In this document: positions 9,018 through 19,755 of the stretch, one piece after another
Layout: the number at the start of each line of letters is the position of its first letter
How positions within the stretch are numbered: the first letter of the stretch is position 1
Source: a virus
Taxonomy: Duplodnaviria; Caudoviricetes
Strand: one strand, 5' to 3'
IMG/VR virus record: IMGVR_UViG_2897113856_000001
Location: 4,455 to 68,454 of that record
Length of the DNA stretch: 64,000 bases
Position numbers and translations under genes: made by a program
Notes under the pieces: model-generated
The model's input: the letters and a program-made list of their open reading frames with translations, nothing else
Database searches by the model: none
Told to the model about the DNA's origin: nothing

Positions 9018-10067
9018 ATGTCGAAACTTACTGGCGTTAAAACTCTCGATATGGTGAACGGTGAAATTACGAAGGTTGCGTATAACGGTGCGGAGTATGA
9101 GCGTGTGGAAGGAACTCCGAGAAGTGTCGGAAAATCCGGAGATTTGGTACTTAACGGACATAGGCATCCGGATCTTAAATTAGGCGGATTTTACCTACTA
9201 GTACGCGACGAGGGTACTTCGCGGTTATCTGTCCGAGATGAAATAGACGACTTTCACGGAAACGCCGTAACAGACGGGGATAGCATACTCTTCCGCAAAG
9301 TCTCCGCATCTCAACCGTCATTAGAAGATCGCGTCAGCACAAACGAAAAGGATATCGAATCCCTAAAATCCGACGTTGCTGCGCTAAAAGGCGAAGCCAA
9401 GACGGAATACGTACGGATTGACAAGAGCGAGGCGAAGGCGGGCGATTTCGTTAAGTTTGACGAAGCTCCAAACGAATTTCTAACCGCAGGTAAGTATTAC
9501 GAAATCTATCGCGTAGATGGTTGCGGAGATCCTCAAATCCGGGATGACGACGGTGACGGTTTTGACACTTACTGTGCCGATGATTTCGAAGTCTACCGCA
9601 AAGTCAGCGCCGCCGAGCCGAAGCCTGAACGCCTGAAAGTCGGTGATTATGCGAAGGTGGTCAGGAACGAAAGCGGTCATTATGCGGAAATTGATGAAAT
9701 CGTACTAGTAAAAAGAGACGACAAAGATTTCGCACCTTTCCATTGCGAAAAATTAAACGGAAACGAAGCCGGAATTTTTTACGAAGATGAACTCGTCCGC
9801 GCCACTGACGAAGAAGTTGCCGAAGCAAAACGCGCAGCCGCCGAGCGTAAGAAATGGGCCGCAATCGGACGCGAGGTGGGCGAGTATAAGGCCGGTGATA
9901 TGGTTCAGTATTTATATGATGGGGAAATTTGCGAGGTTTTGGCTGTCGGCGAGGACGGTCGAGTAAAAGTCGCTACACAGAACCACGGAAATTGCACAGA
10001 AAATCAGTCAAGCATCGAACTAATAGCGCCAGTCGAAGCGCGTTTCGATCGAAAGGGCGACGAGTAA
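9018..10067 (+). CDS. Phage protein with repeated SH3-like KxGD modules
   Basis: KAGDFVKF, KVGDYAKV, KAGDMVQY repeats. Confidence 0.7.
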   Translation: MSKLTGVKTLDMVNGEITKVAYNGAEYERVEGTPRSVGKSGDLVLNGHRHPDLKLGGFYLLVRDEGTSRLSVRDEIDDFHGNAVTDGDSILFRKVSASQPSLEDRVSTNEKDIESLKSDVAALKGEAKTEYVRIDKSEAKAGDFVKFDEAPNEFLTAGKYYEIYRVDGCGDPQIRDDDGDGFDTYCADDFEVYRKVSAAEPKPERLKVGDYAKVVRNESGHYAEIDEIVLVKRDDKDFAPFHCEKLNGNEAGIFYEDELVRATDEEVAEAKRAAAERKKWAAIGREVGEYKAGDMVQYLYDGEICEVLAVGEDGRVKVATQNHGNCTENQSSIELIAPVEARFDRKGDE

Positions 10068-10247
10068 GTGGACGCAAAACCTGCCGCCATCTGCGCCGCA
10101 TGTAGCCGGGTAATGAACGAAGGGCGATCCGCAACATACGATTCGCTCTTCGACCGGTACTTTTGCGACAACGCTTGCTGGTCGGATTGGTATGCGGACA
10201 ATGAGGTGGAATACAAGCGGAAATGGACGGAGGAGGTCGATTTATGA
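10068..10247 (+). CDS. Small zinc-finger protein (59 aa)
   Basis: CAAC...FCDNAC; GTG start right after upstream stop. Confidence 0.6.
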   Translation: MDAKPAAICAACSRVMNEGRSATYDSLFDRYFCDNACWSDWYADNEVEYKRKWTEEVDL

Positions 10248-10396
10248 GCAGGTCGAATAGGGCATTCGCTTATGTCTTCGGTATCTATAATTCTGCATTG
10301 TCCGTAATCGCTATATACAATTCGGAATGGCTATTCGCTGGATTATACGTATCTATGGCGTTATTTTTCGGTGCCGTAAATTTTATCTCGGAGTAG
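10244..10396 (+). CDS. Small membrane protein (50 aa)
   Basis: GGAGG SD, ATGA overlap, hydrophobic. Confidence 0.5.
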   Translation: MSRSNRAFAYVFGIYNSALSVIAIYNSEWLFAGLYVSMALFFGAVNFISE

Positions 10397-10429
10397 ACCG
10401 AACCCATCACGCGAGAAAGGAGGGTGCGA

Positions 10430-12727
10430 ATGGAACTCGAAAATCTGCGGTTGAATCTTAGCGCTTTGGCGCCTAAAAATGACGAAGTTAAGAACGAAAA
10501 AGTTGCTGAAACAGCTAAGCGGAAGCAGAAGGCGAGAAAGGCCGAACCGATCGAGGAAAGCTGGCGCCGCATATTCGCGAGCAAGCTATCGGAAACTGAC
10601 CGCCAACGCTTAAACGAAGTCAAGGCGGCAATGGAAGCGGGCAAGCTCGCAAGGAATCCGTCTGACTGCGTGAACAAGGCCGGCAACCCGAAGGCGTTCA
10701 GCAAGGCGGAGGCCATGCGATTATGGAAGACGCTTCAAGAATCCCAGCGCGAAGAAACTTTGCGGAAGATGGTCGAGAATACACCGGAAAACTACGAATT
10801 AATTACGACTGAAGCCCGATTCCAGGCTTTAATTGAGGCGTTAAGTAGCGAAGAAATTATCGCAGTGGATACCGAAACGACCGGCGTTGATGTATATACG
10901 GATGCTATCGTCGGGCTTTCGCTCACGCTTCCGAGCGCTGACTGGCACGTTTATATACCGGTTGATCACGTAGATTGCGAGCAACTGAGTCGCGAATACG
11001 TGCTTGAAGGATTGGCGCCGGTATTTAACGATGAGTCGATCGGAAAAGTCCTGCACAACGCGATATTCGATATTGCGATGGTCCGCCGACATGGATTCGA
11101 TCTGAAAGGCGTCGTTTGGGATACGATGACCGCGATGCACATGTTAAATGAAAACGAAGGTGATCGCACATTGGGTGGTGCCGGTTCATTTAAATTAAAA
11201 GACTTGGCGCCAAAATATCTAAAAACGCCGGCAGATACGTTCGACGCATTGTTTGGTCGGGACGCGCAATTCAAAGAAGTGCCATTAGACATCGCGCTAG
11301 TTTACGCAGCTAAAGATACGGAATTAACGTGGAAGCTGTACAAATTTCAACGTCAACACATGGAAAAAATGCCTACGATTTTGGAGTATTACCAAACCGT
11401 TGAGATTCCGTTGCTATATGTAATTGTCGATTTAGAGGCTAACGGATATATCCTCGACTTGGATTTCGCAAAGGAATACGGAGAAAAACTGCATAAGCGT
11501 GCGGAAGAGTTGCGGTCGGAATTAGTTACGGAGCTGACTCCGTTCCATGAAGGCGATGGTCCGTTAAATCTAAACTCAACCCAACAGATGCGCCCTGCAC
11601 TTTCGAAGGCGATCGGCAAAGAGCTTCCGAACATGGACGCAAAGAAAACATTAAAGCCGCTAAAAGGCGACCACGAAGTCATTGCAAAGTTGTTGGAGTA
11701 CAAGAAAATTACGAAGCTCTCCGGTACCTACATTGAAACTCTGCCATTGAAGCAAAATCCGACAACTAAGCGTTGGCATTCGCGCTTTAATCCGATGGGA
11801 ACCGTAACGGGAAGATTCAGCTCCGGCAAGGATGATGAGGATAAAACAGATCAAGGCTTTAACGTACAGAATCAGCCTCAAGAAGCCCGACCGATGTTTA
11901 GCCCTCCTCCCGGAAAAGTGTTGCTGGGTGCCGACTTTAAAGCGCAGGAGATTCGGTGTGTGGCTTATTTATCCGGAGAGCCGGTACTGATAAACGCGTT
12001 TTTAGAGGAGCGCGATCCTTACGCTATGATGGCATCAAACTTCTATAAGCGTCCGTACGAGGAAGTCTATAAAAACGCCGATGGCTCAGACACTAAGGAG
12101 CGTAAGCAAATGAAGGTCGTGTGGTTAGCGACACTTTATGGGATGAGTGACTATTCTCTTGCGGATATGCTAGGCGTTAATAAAAAAGAGGCGACAAAGT
12201 TTAAGGGTGAGCTATTCGGAAGTATGCCGAAGTTATCGGCTTGGCTAAAAGAAAACGAGGAGTTTGTGCGAAAAAACGGATACGTTTGGGCTGATCTAAA
12301 GGCGCGAAAACGACGGCTTCCGGACGCTAAATTACCTCGAAAACCTATTCCGTATGGAAAATGGAATGATCCGAAATATGAGGACGCCAGGAAACATAAC
12401 TCGCGGATCAATCGTGCTTTGAGGCAGGCGACAAATGCCCGCGTTCAAGGATCGTCGTCTATACAAACGAAGGTCACGATGATTAAGGCTCATGAATATT
12501 GCGCTAACAAACCGGGCTGGGCGCTGTGGTCAACGGTACATGACGAATTGATATTCGAAGTTCCGGAGGATTTTACGTGGGAGGAAGCGCAAGACATTCG
12601 CGATATCATGCTTAATTCATATCGTTGGGGAGACGTTGTACCTAACGGAACAGATATCGAAGTGATGCGAAGATGGGGCGAAGGAGTTCCCGTGGAAGAG
12701 TGGTTTAAAACGAAGGGAGACGATTAA
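10430..12727 (+). CDS. polA: Family A DNA polymerase with 3'-5' exonuclease
   Basis: DTET exo motif, TGRFSS, DFKAQE, RKQMKVVWLATLYG, VHDE. Confidence 0.95.
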   Translation: MELENLRLNLSALAPKNDEVKNEKVAETAKRKQKARKAEPIEESWRRIFASKLSETDRQRLNEVKAAMEAGKLARNPSDCVNKAGNPKAFSKAEAMRLWKTLQESQREETLRKMVENTPENYELITTEARFQALIEALSSEEIIAVDTETTGVDVYTDAIVGLSLTLPSADWHVYIPVDHVDCEQLSREYVLEGLAPVFNDESIGKVLHNAIFDIAMVRRHGFDLKGVVWDTMTAMHMLNENEGDRTLGGAGSFKLKDLAPKYLKTPADTFDALFGRDAQFKEVPLDIALVYAAKDTELTWKLYKFQRQHMEKMPTILEYYQTVEIPLLYVIVDLEANGYILDLDFAKEYGEKLHKRAEELRSELVTELTPFHEGDGPLNLNSTQQMRPALSKAIGKELPNMDAKKTLKPLKGDHEVIAKLLEYKKITKLSGTYIETLPLKQNPTTKRWHSRFNPMGTVTGRFSSGKDDEDKTDQGFNVQNQPQEARPMFSPPPGKVLLGADFKAQEIRCVAYLSGEPVLINAFLEERDPYAMMASNFYKRPYEEVYKNADGSDTKERKQMKVVWLATLYGMSDYSLADMLGVNKKEATKFKGELFGSMPKLSAWLKENEEFVRKNGYVWADLKARKRRLPDAKLPRKPIPYGKWNDPKYEDARKHNSRINRALRQATNARVQGSSSIQTKVTMIKAHEYCANKPGWALWSTVHDELIFEVPEDFTWEEAQDIRDIMLNSYRWGDVVPNGTDIEVMRRWGEGVPVEEWFKTKGDD

Positions 12728-13771
12728 TTGACGAATATAAACGGAAGATCAGCCGCAAATTCACTGCGGGCACACATAAAAGAACCGACCACATACGCGC
12801 AGCAGATTGCGGACGAATTGGTCGAATATCTGAACGAATGGCACTCGCTGCCGGAGACGTGGGATAACGCCCTGGACGCGCAGATTCATAAATGGTACGC
12901 CAATGCTCCGAAAGTATTTCCGAAGAAGCCGTATTTCTCGCCGTCATCTGCTAACGCTTGCCCGCGCGAGCTATACCATAAAGCGATCGGATCTCCGAGG
13001 GACGAAACGAAAAAGCCTCCGTATCAAGGACGGTGGACTCGAATTGGTACAGCGATCGGTGACGTGATCCAGCGCGACATTCTCTTCATGGAGAAACATT
13101 TCGAGAAGAAGACTGGCCGCCCCTGTCCGTTCAGCTTCGAAAAGAACGAAGACGGAACGCCGATGTTCGAGGATTTCGCGAAAAGGAATCATCCGGTCAC
13201 ACATCGTGGATACTCGTTCAACCTTTACGGAACGTGCGACGGCATCATGCGCTACGTAACGGAAGACGGCGAAGTGCTGCGCGTCGGCCTCGAGATTAAA
13301 TCGAAGCAGACTACCGCTGCAAAGACGTCCCTCCATTCGATGTGGCAGCCGGAAGAAAAGCACGTCAAGCAATGCGTCGCCTACGGTCCGATGTACGGCG
13401 TCGACCTTTACGTCATCCTCTACGTGAACGCGGCTAAGAAATCGTGGGTGTATCCGGAAGGAGAGTTCGAAAAGTCTCCGGATATGCGGGCGTTCGGCAT
13501 CGAAATTACGGATGAAGACGTCGAGCAGCTATTCGATAGATTCGTAGAGATCCGCAAGTCTGTCGAGGAGGGCTCGCCTTTACCGTTGGATCTGAACGGA
13601 TGGACATTTAACGGATACAAGACGGCTATTGCGAAGTCGCTGACGGATGAAGAACTGGCGGATCTTCGCGCAAAAGTGTCGCGAGTATTGAGGTCGAACG
13701 TATACGAATCTACGAAACGGCAGTACGTTGATGCGCTCGAATTTATCGAAAGAGTGCGGGCAGATGAGTAG
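12728..13771 (+). CDS. PD-(D/E)XK exonuclease (Cas4/YqaJ-like)
   Basis: SPSS..CPRELY, GTCDG, EIKS, Q..AY motifs. Confidence 0.7.
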   Translation: MTNINGRSAANSLRAHIKEPTTYAQQIADELVEYLNEWHSLPETWDNALDAQIHKWYANAPKVFPKKPYFSPSSANACPRELYHKAIGSPRDETKKPPYQGRWTRIGTAIGDVIQRDILFMEKHFEKKTGRPCPFSFEKNEDGTPMFEDFAKRNHPVTHRGYSFNLYGTCDGIMRYVTEDGEVLRVGLEIKSKQTTAAKTSLHSMWQPEEKHVKQCVAYGPMYGVDLYVILYVNAAKKSWVYPEGEFEKSPDMRAFGIEITDEDVEQLFDRFVEIRKSVEEGSPLPLDLNGWTFNGYKTAIAKSLTDEELADLRAKVSRVLRSNVYESTKRQYVDALEFIERVRADE

Positions 13772-14321
13772 CGCCAAGCCTATCCGGTGCCTTGCGTTCG
13801 ACACCTCGATGACCTGCCCAGGCGTGGCGATCATCGAGGTACGCAACCGAAAGCCAACGATCAAAGCGCTATCACACGTCAAGCCAAACCCTAGCCGGTC
13901 ACACGCGCATCGAGCCGAAGTTATCGAAGGGTGGGCGCTGATGTTCCTCGATAAAAACTACCCGCGGGATGGATTCGATTATGTGGTGCGGGAGGACTTC
14001 GCAGGCAAAACGTCGACCTCGAACTATCCGGTTCTGGCGGCGTGGAACGCGTGCGAACGAGCAACGTCTCGATTCGGGTTAACGTTCGATAAGTATTGGA
14101 AGACTCCGACCGCAAAGCAACCGCAACTCGGAATATCAGCAACGCGTGTTAAGTCGTTGGTTGCCGGATCAGGCAACGCAGAAAAGGACGAAGTTGAGGC
14201 GGCGGTGCGGCGTATGACCGGATATACCGGCGAGTTTGCAAACTTCGATGAAAGCGATGCGGCGGCAATTGGGCTTTCGTGGCTGATTCACGTAGGCGTA
14301 ATAGATAAACCGAAGGAGTGA
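13764..14321 (+). CDS. RuvC-like Holliday junction resolvase
   Basis: LAFDTS..PGVA, VKSLVAGSGNAEK, DESDA. Confidence 0.8.
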   Translation: MSSAKPIRCLAFDTSMTCPGVAIIEVRNRKPTIKALSHVKPNPSRSHAHRAEVIEGWALMFLDKNYPRDGFDYVVREDFAGKTSTSNYPVLAAWNACERATSRFGLTFDKYWKTPTAKQPQLGISATRVKSLVAGSGNAEKDEVEAAVRRMTGYTGEFANFDESDAAAIGLSWLIHVGVIDKPKE

Positions 14322-14326
14322 TTCGA

Positions 14327-14692
14327 ATGGATAAAGCGATGGAGTATATCGACAAGCTGGCAGCAAAGCTCGGAGTCGCGGCCGAGCATGTATACGGAGT
14401 TCTCGTAAAGCAGGCGTTTGCTAACGGTGTGACTGATTCGATTATCGGGTTCGTTTTTCTAATGATCGCAGTTATTGCGGGAGTCATAATTACGAAGGTG
14501 ACTGTAAAATCGTATGAGAAGAGCCATTGTAGTTGGGATTTCGAATGGTTTCCCGTGGTGCTTGCTGTTTGTTTTTTAGTGGTTACTCCGGGAGGATTCG
14601 GTATTTATGCGATCACCGAAGGAATCAAAGCGCTAATCAACCCGGAATACTACGCGATCAAAGAAATCCTCGACACGATCGGAGGGAAGTGA
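14327..14692 (+). CDS. Two-TM membrane protein
   Basis: LAAKLGVAAEHVY..NPEYYAIKEIL with two hydrophobic segments. Confidence 0.7.
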   Translation: MDKAMEYIDKLAAKLGVAAEHVYGVLVKQAFANGVTDSIIGFVFLMIAVIAGVIITKVTVKSYEKSHCSWDFEWFPVVLAVCFLVVTPGGFGIYAITEGIKALINPEYYAIKEILDTIGGK

Positions 14693-14695
14693 TCG

Positions 14696-14926
14696 GTGGA
14701 AGAGCATAGAAATATGATGATTCTTAAACAGGAGATATTTGATGGCTTTATTTATTCGGCGGTTGCTTTAACTCGCCAAATTCAAGCTAAGCAAGGTAAA
14801 GAAAATGAAATAATAACGCAGGAAGAGGCTGATTTTGTCAATGCGTTTCTTGTGTACGCTAAGGAACTCGCAGACACATTGCATGAACGATATAAGGATG
14901 AATTAGGAGGCGGCTCGAATGTTTAA
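14696..14926 (+). CDS. Hypothetical protein
   Basis: SD and operon coupling. Confidence 0.55.
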   Translation: MEEHRNMMILKQEIFDGFIYSAVALTRQIQAKQGKENEIITQEEADFVNAFLVYAKELADTLHERYKDELGGGSNV

Positions 14927-15188
14927 GCAGCGACTTATCGGAGCATTAGCGTACTTGGCTGCGCTCACCTTATTACTCGGATTGTTTTCTGCGGGATGTC
15001 TGACCGGATTTGTCATCGTGACGGCGTTGCTTTCGGTCCCAGCGGTCGGAACAGTCGTTAAAGTCGGAATCACAATCGCAGTGGTTTTCACGGTAACCGC
15101 GTTACTCGTCGGATTAGCTGATCGACTGTACACCGCATACCGCGAACATAAACGCGTTCAAAAGGACGTAGAGGAGGAAACGCAATGA
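14919..15188 (+). CDS. Membrane protein
   Basis: GGAGG SD, two hydrophobic helices. Confidence 0.6.
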   Translation: MFKQRLIGALAYLAALTLLLGLFSAGCLTGFVIVTALLSVPAVGTVVKVGITIAVVFTVTALLVGLADRLYTAYREHKRVQKDVEEETQ

Positions 15189-15385
15189 CCTACGAATGCT
15201 ACGGCGTCCCGGCCGCACAATTGCGACAGTCCTTACGATGGCTTGACGAACAACTTATCGATGTTGATTACGCAATCAGCCGGCACGATACGAAGTTGAT
15301 CGAATTAAGAATCGAGCGTGACCGGATTCTGGCGCGAAAAGACGAAATAGAGGCGGAATTAAAACGGAGGGAGTCGATCGAATGA
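15185..15385 (+). CDS. Small coiled-coil protein
   Basis: GAGGAGG SD, ATGA overlap. Confidence 0.55.
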   Translation: MTYECYGVPAAQLRQSLRWLDEQLIDVDYAISRHDTKLIELRIERDRILARKDEIEAELKRRESIE

Positions 15386-15524
15386 CATACGTTGCGATAG
15401 TGTGCTTGCTACTTTTTGCGCTATTAACGGTTTTTACGGAAGCAAAAACTATGACGGATAAGATCGTAAAGCTAATCGTTCTCTCTATGTACGCAATTCC
15501 TATCGGAGTATTGGTGGCGTCTTT

Positions 15525-15881
15525 ATGTTAATCGCCTATTACTCGCTGGCCGGTAACGTCCGCCGATTCGTAGCCAAGACCGGCCTGCCAGCGGTCGAAA
15601 TCAAGTCGGATATGCTTTTAACGGAACCGTTCGTCTTGGTAACGGGAACTTACGGCTTCGGTCAGGTCGCTGGCACCGTTTGGGACTTCCTCGCGGATAA
15701 TGGCGATTTAATGGCGGGCGTGGCTGCGTCAGGCAATCGCAACTGGGGCGGGAATTTCGCAAAGGCGGCGGACTTGATTGCGGAAGAGTACGGAGTGCCG
15801 ATCGTCCACAAGTTCGAGCTGGCGGGGACGACGGAGGATGTACGGATATTTACGGAAAGGGTGAGAGCTATTGACGAATAA
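15525..15881 (+). CDS. nrdI: Class Ib RNR flavodoxin NrdI
   Basis: YYSLAGNVRRF, SGNRNWG, KFELAG. Confidence 0.93.
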   Translation: MLIAYYSLAGNVRRFVAKTGLPAVEIKSDMLLTEPFVLVTGTYGFGQVAGTVWDFLADNGDLMAGVAASGNRNWGGNFAKAADLIAEEYGVPIVHKFELAGTTEDVRIFTERVRAIDE

Positions 15882-17970
15882 GCATGCGAAGTATATCGAA
15901 CTTAACAACGAAATTATGATACGGAAGAACGGCGGCTTTCAATTCGAAAAGGATGCCGAAGCCGTCCGCAGTTATTTCATAGATTACGTGAATCAGAATA
16001 CGGTATTTTTCCACGATCTGCGCGAAAAGCTCGATTATCTGATCGAGAACGACTATTACGAACGCGAAGTCTTCGAGCCGTATACATTCGATGAAATAAA
16101 AGCGGTCTACAAGGCAGCCTACGCGAAAAAGTTCCGTTTCCCTTCGTTTATGAGTGCGTTCAAGTTTTACAACGATTACGCGCTCAAGACGAACGATAAG
16201 AAGAAGATCCTCGAACGCTACGAAGATCGAATCGCCATCTGTGCGCTATTCTTCGCAAAAGGGGACGCGGCCAAGGCGATCGAGTTTGCGGAAATGATGA
16301 TCCGTCAGGAATACCAGCCGGCTACACCAACGTTTTTGAATGCCGGGCGGAAGCGACGCGGCGAACTCGTATCGTGTTTCCTTCTCGAAGTGAACGATTC
16401 CTTAAACGATATTCAAATGGCGATCGGAACAGCGATGCAACTTTCGAAAATGGGCGGAGGCGTAAGTTTGAATTTATCGAAGTTGCGAGCGAAAGGTGAA
16501 TCGATCAAAGGAATCGAGAACGTAACGAAGGGCGTCGTTGGAGTTATGAAACTCCTCGATAATGCCTTCCGCTATGCAGATCAGCAAGGCGCAAGAGCGG
16601 GGGCAGGAGCAGCATATTTGAACGTGTTCCATCGCGATATCAACGATTTCCTCGATACCAAAAAGATTAACGCAGATGAAGACGTAAGGGTCAAGACGCT
16701 ATCGATCGGCGTCGTCATTCCGGATAAGTTTATCGAATTGGCTCGCGAAGACCGTGACGCATACGTTTTCTATCCGCATACGGTCTATAAGGAATACGGC
16801 GAGCACCTTGATGAAATGGATATCGGAGAAATGTACGACAAGCTCGTCGAGAATCCGGCGGTGCGTAAGGAAAAGATTAATCCGCGGCAGCTACTCGAAA
16901 AGCTCGCGATTCTACGGTCTGAGTCGGGCTACCCGTACATTATGTTCGAAGATAACGTCAACGCGGCTCATGCGCTGAATCACATTTCGAAGGTGAAATT
17001 TTCGAATCTCTGTAGCGAAGTACTTCAGGCGTCCAAAGTTTCGGAGTACACCGACTACGGCGAAGAGGACGTAATTGGACTAGACATTTCGTGCAACCTC
17101 GGATCGCTCAACATCGCGAACGTCATGGCGAATAAGTCGATCGAGCAAACGGTTAAGCTCGCAGTCGATTCGCTGACGGTCGTATCGGAATCAACGAATA
17201 TCAAGAACGCGCCGGCAGTCGCTAAGGCCAACCGTCAGATGCGTTCGATCGGACTTGGCGCGATGAATCTACACGGATATCTTGCGCAGAATAGGATCGC
17301 TTATGAATCGGAAGAGGCTCGCGACTTCGCTAACGTATTCTTTGCGCTCGTTAATTATTGGTCGCTGGTGCGGTCGATGGAGCTTGCGAAGGAAACCGGC
17401 AGCACGTTCGAGGGATTCGAAGGATCAACGTATGCGGACGGCAGCTACTTCGATAAGTACGTCGCGGGAGATTTTCGTCCTAAAACGGAGAAGGTCGCGA
17501 AGCTGTTTGAAGGCGTTGAAATTCCGGAACGCATCGATTGGGTTCGGCTGGAGGATAACGTACGGAAACACGGACTCTATCATTCGTATAGACTAGCGAT
17601 CGCACCGACGGGATCTATTTCGTATGTGCAGTCGGCTACAGCGTCAGTCATGCCGATTATGGAGCGCATAGAGGAACGGACATACGGAAATTCCAAGACG
17701 TATTATCCGATGCCGGGGCTTAGCGCGAAGAACTGGTTCTTCTACAAGGAAGCGTACGACATGGATATGTTCAAAGTCGTCGATATGATCGCGACAATTC
17801 AGCAGCACGTCGATCAAGGCATTTCATTTACGTTGTTCTTAAAGGATACGATGACGACGCGCGATCTTAACCGAATTGACCTTTACGCGCATCACAAAGG
17901 AATCAAGACGCTGTACTACGCGCGAACAAAAGACACGGGGCAGGAAGGCTGCTTGTCATGTGTAGTCTAA
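15871..17970 (+). CDS. nrdE: Class Ib ribonucleotide reductase alpha subunit
   Basis: PATPTFLN, SCFLL, NLCSE, SCNLGS, APTGS, C-terminal CLSC. Confidence 0.97.
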   Translation: MTNKHAKYIELNNEIMIRKNGGFQFEKDAEAVRSYFIDYVNQNTVFFHDLREKLDYLIENDYYEREVFEPYTFDEIKAVYKAAYAKKFRFPSFMSAFKFYNDYALKTNDKKKILERYEDRIAICALFFAKGDAAKAIEFAEMMIRQEYQPATPTFLNAGRKRRGELVSCFLLEVNDSLNDIQMAIGTAMQLSKMGGGVSLNLSKLRAKGESIKGIENVTKGVVGVMKLLDNAFRYADQQGARAGAGAAYLNVFHRDINDFLDTKKINADEDVRVKTLSIGVVIPDKFIELAREDRDAYVFYPHTVYKEYGEHLDEMDIGEMYDKLVENPAVRKEKINPRQLLEKLAILRSESGYPYIMFEDNVNAAHALNHISKVKFSNLCSEVLQASKVSEYTDYGEEDVIGLDISCNLGSLNIANVMANKSIEQTVKLAVDSLTVVSESTNIKNAPAVAKANRQMRSIGLGAMNLHGYLAQNRIAYESEEARDFANVFFALVNYWSLVRSMELAKETGSTFEGFEGSTYADGSYFDKYVAGDFRPKTEKVAKLFEGVEIPERIDWVRLEDNVRKHGLYHSYRLAIAPTGSISYVQSATASVMPIMERIEERTYGNSKTYYPMPGLSAKNWFFYKEAYDMDMFKVVDMIATIQQHVDQGISFTLFLKDTMTTRDLNRIDLYAHHKGIKTLYYARTKDTGQEGCLSCVV

Positions 17971-17996
17971 TTTTAAAATAAGAGAGGGGATCTTTT

Positions 17997-18191
17997 ATGC
18001 AAATAACTAAAGACAATTTGGATATTCCTTTTTCAACACTCATAGAAGATGCGACCAATCCCGAAACTCCCAGAGAGTTTATACGGTGCAGTGAAGCAGA
18101 GTTCGGATTAAATAAGGCCGATCTTGAAAGTATGTCGGAAGACGAGTTGAGCAGCTACATCGAGCATCTTGATTACTTATGGGACAAATAA
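17997..18191 (+). CDS. Small acidic hypothetical protein between nrdE and nrdF
   Basis: GAGGG SD; AT-richer than flanks. Confidence 0.6.
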   Translation: MQITKDNLDIPFSTLIEDATNPETPREFIRCSEAEFGLNKADLESMSEDELSSYIEHLDYLWDK

Positions 18192-18230
18192 TAGGTCATG
18201 CGATTTAGTAGTGAAAAGGAGGACGAATAA

Positions 18231-19199
18231 TTGACGCAATATACAGCGGCCAACTGGTCGCAGCACGAAGACGGATTTACGCAGATGTTTTACGAACAGA
18301 ACGTTAAGCAGTTTTGGCTTCCGGAAGAGATTTCGCTAAACGGCGACCTTCTAACGTGGAAATATCTCGGAGCCAACGAACAAGATACGTATATGAAAGT
18401 GCTCGCGGGTCTAACGCTGCTCGACACGGAGCAAGGGAACGAAGGTATGCCGCTAATTGCCGCCCAGGTATCCGGTCATCAGCGCAAAGCCGTCCTGAAC
18501 TTTATGGCGATGATGGAAAACGCAGTCCATGCGAAGTCGTATTCGAACATCTTCATGACGCTAGCGCCAACGGAGAAGATAACGGAACTTTTCGAATGGG
18601 TGAAGACGAATCGCTACTTGCAGCGGAAAGCCGAAATCATTGGCGGCCTATATAACGCAATTGAGGCGGGCGATGACATTTCGTTATACAAGGCGATGGT
18701 TGCATCGGTTTATCTCGAAAGCTTCCTATTCTACAGCGGCTTTTATTATCCGTTATATTTCTACGGTCAAGGAAAGCTGATGAATAGCGGCGAGATCATT
18801 AATCTCATTATCCGCGACGAGGCGATCCACGGCGTCTATGTCGGATTGCTTGCGCAGGAAATTTACAATCGTCAGTCTCCGGGCGTCCAGATCGAATTGC
18901 GCGACTTTGCCGTCGAATTGCTTGCGGAACTCTACGAGAATGAGGTCGCGTACACCGAAGACCTTTACGACCAAGTCGGACTGACTCACGACGTTAAGAA
19001 GTTCGTGCGATACAACGGAAACAAGGCGCTGGCTAACCTCGGATTCGATCCGTATTTCGAAGATGAAACGGTAAATCCGATCGTGCTGAACGGGCTGAGT
19101 ACGAAGACGAAATCGATGGACTTCTTCAGTCAAAAGGGTAACGGATACAAGAAGGCGACGGTCGAAGCGCTTCAGGATGACGATTTCTATTTCGACTAA
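18231..19199 (+). CDS. nrdF: Class Ib RNR beta subunit
   Basis: [23 protein letters not shown]. Confidence 0.97.
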   Translation: MTQYTAANWSQHEDGFTQMFYEQNVKQFWLPEEISLNGDLLTWKYLGANEQDTYMKVLAGLTLLDTEQGNEGMPLIAAQVSGHQRKAVLNFMAMMENAVHAKSYSNIFMTLAPTEKITELFEWVKTNRYLQRKAEIIGGLYNAIEAGDDISLYKAMVASVYLESFLFYSGFYYPLYFYGQGKLMNSGEIINLIIRDEAIHGVYVGLLAQEIYNRQSPGVQIELRDFAVELLAELYENEVAYTEDLYDQVGLTHDVKKFVRYNGNKALANLGFDPYFEDETVNPIVLNGLSTKTKSMDFFSQKGNGYKKATVEALQDDDFYFD

Positions 19200-19248
19200 T
19201 TTGCCATTATGAAAGTATATGCGCAGTTATTAACGAGGAGGTTTTCGT

Positions 19249-19755
19249 ATGAACGTAAATATTAAACGCCTGTCACCCGATGCACAAATTCCGCAATATG
19301 CTCACGCCTCAGACGCCTGCTTCGACCTGGTTGCGGCAGAAGACGTCATCATCGAGCCGGGAGAGGCCGCGCTAGTCAAAACGGGGCTAGCGTTCGAGAT
19401 TCCGGAAGGCTACGAAATGCAGATCCGGCCACGCTCCGGCATTACGCTGAAGACGAAGCTTCGCGTTCAGCTCGGTACAGTTGACGCGGGCTATCGGGGA
19501 GAAGTCGGAGTGATTGTCGATAATATTGCGCCATTAAATATGGAAGTTCCTTTCGACTACGGACCGTTAATGGTTACCGGAGAGATTTATAGAATGAACG
19601 GAGACTTGCCGCAGTTTTCGTACATCATCCGCAAAGGCGATCGTATCGCCCAAGCCGTAATCAAGCCGATCGAGCAGGCGGTTTTTACGGGAGTGGCCGA
19701 GTTGGGCGATAGCGATCGGGGTGCGGGTGGATTCGGGAGTAGCGGGGTTAACTAA
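19249..19755 (+). CDS. dut: Trimeric dUTPase
   Basis: PRSG, GTVDAGYRGE, GDRIAQ, RGAGGFGSSG. Confidence 0.95.
   Translation: MNVNIKRLSPDAQIPQYAHASDACFDLVAAEDVIIEPGEAALVKTGLAFEIPEGYEMQIRPRSGITLKTKLRVQLGTVDAGYRGEVGVIVDNIAPLNMEVPFDYGPLMVTGEIYRMNGDLPQFSYIIRKGDRIAQAVIKPIEQAVFTGVAELGDSDRGAGGFGSSGVN

Noticed and set aside
12728-13771. Cas4-like nuclease as evidence of CRISPR-Cas
   Set aside because: No repeat-spacer array or other cas genes seen; the context is phage replication
15871-19199. Introns or inteins in nrdE/nrdF as in SPbeta
   Set aside because: Both ORFs are uninterrupted and of normal length
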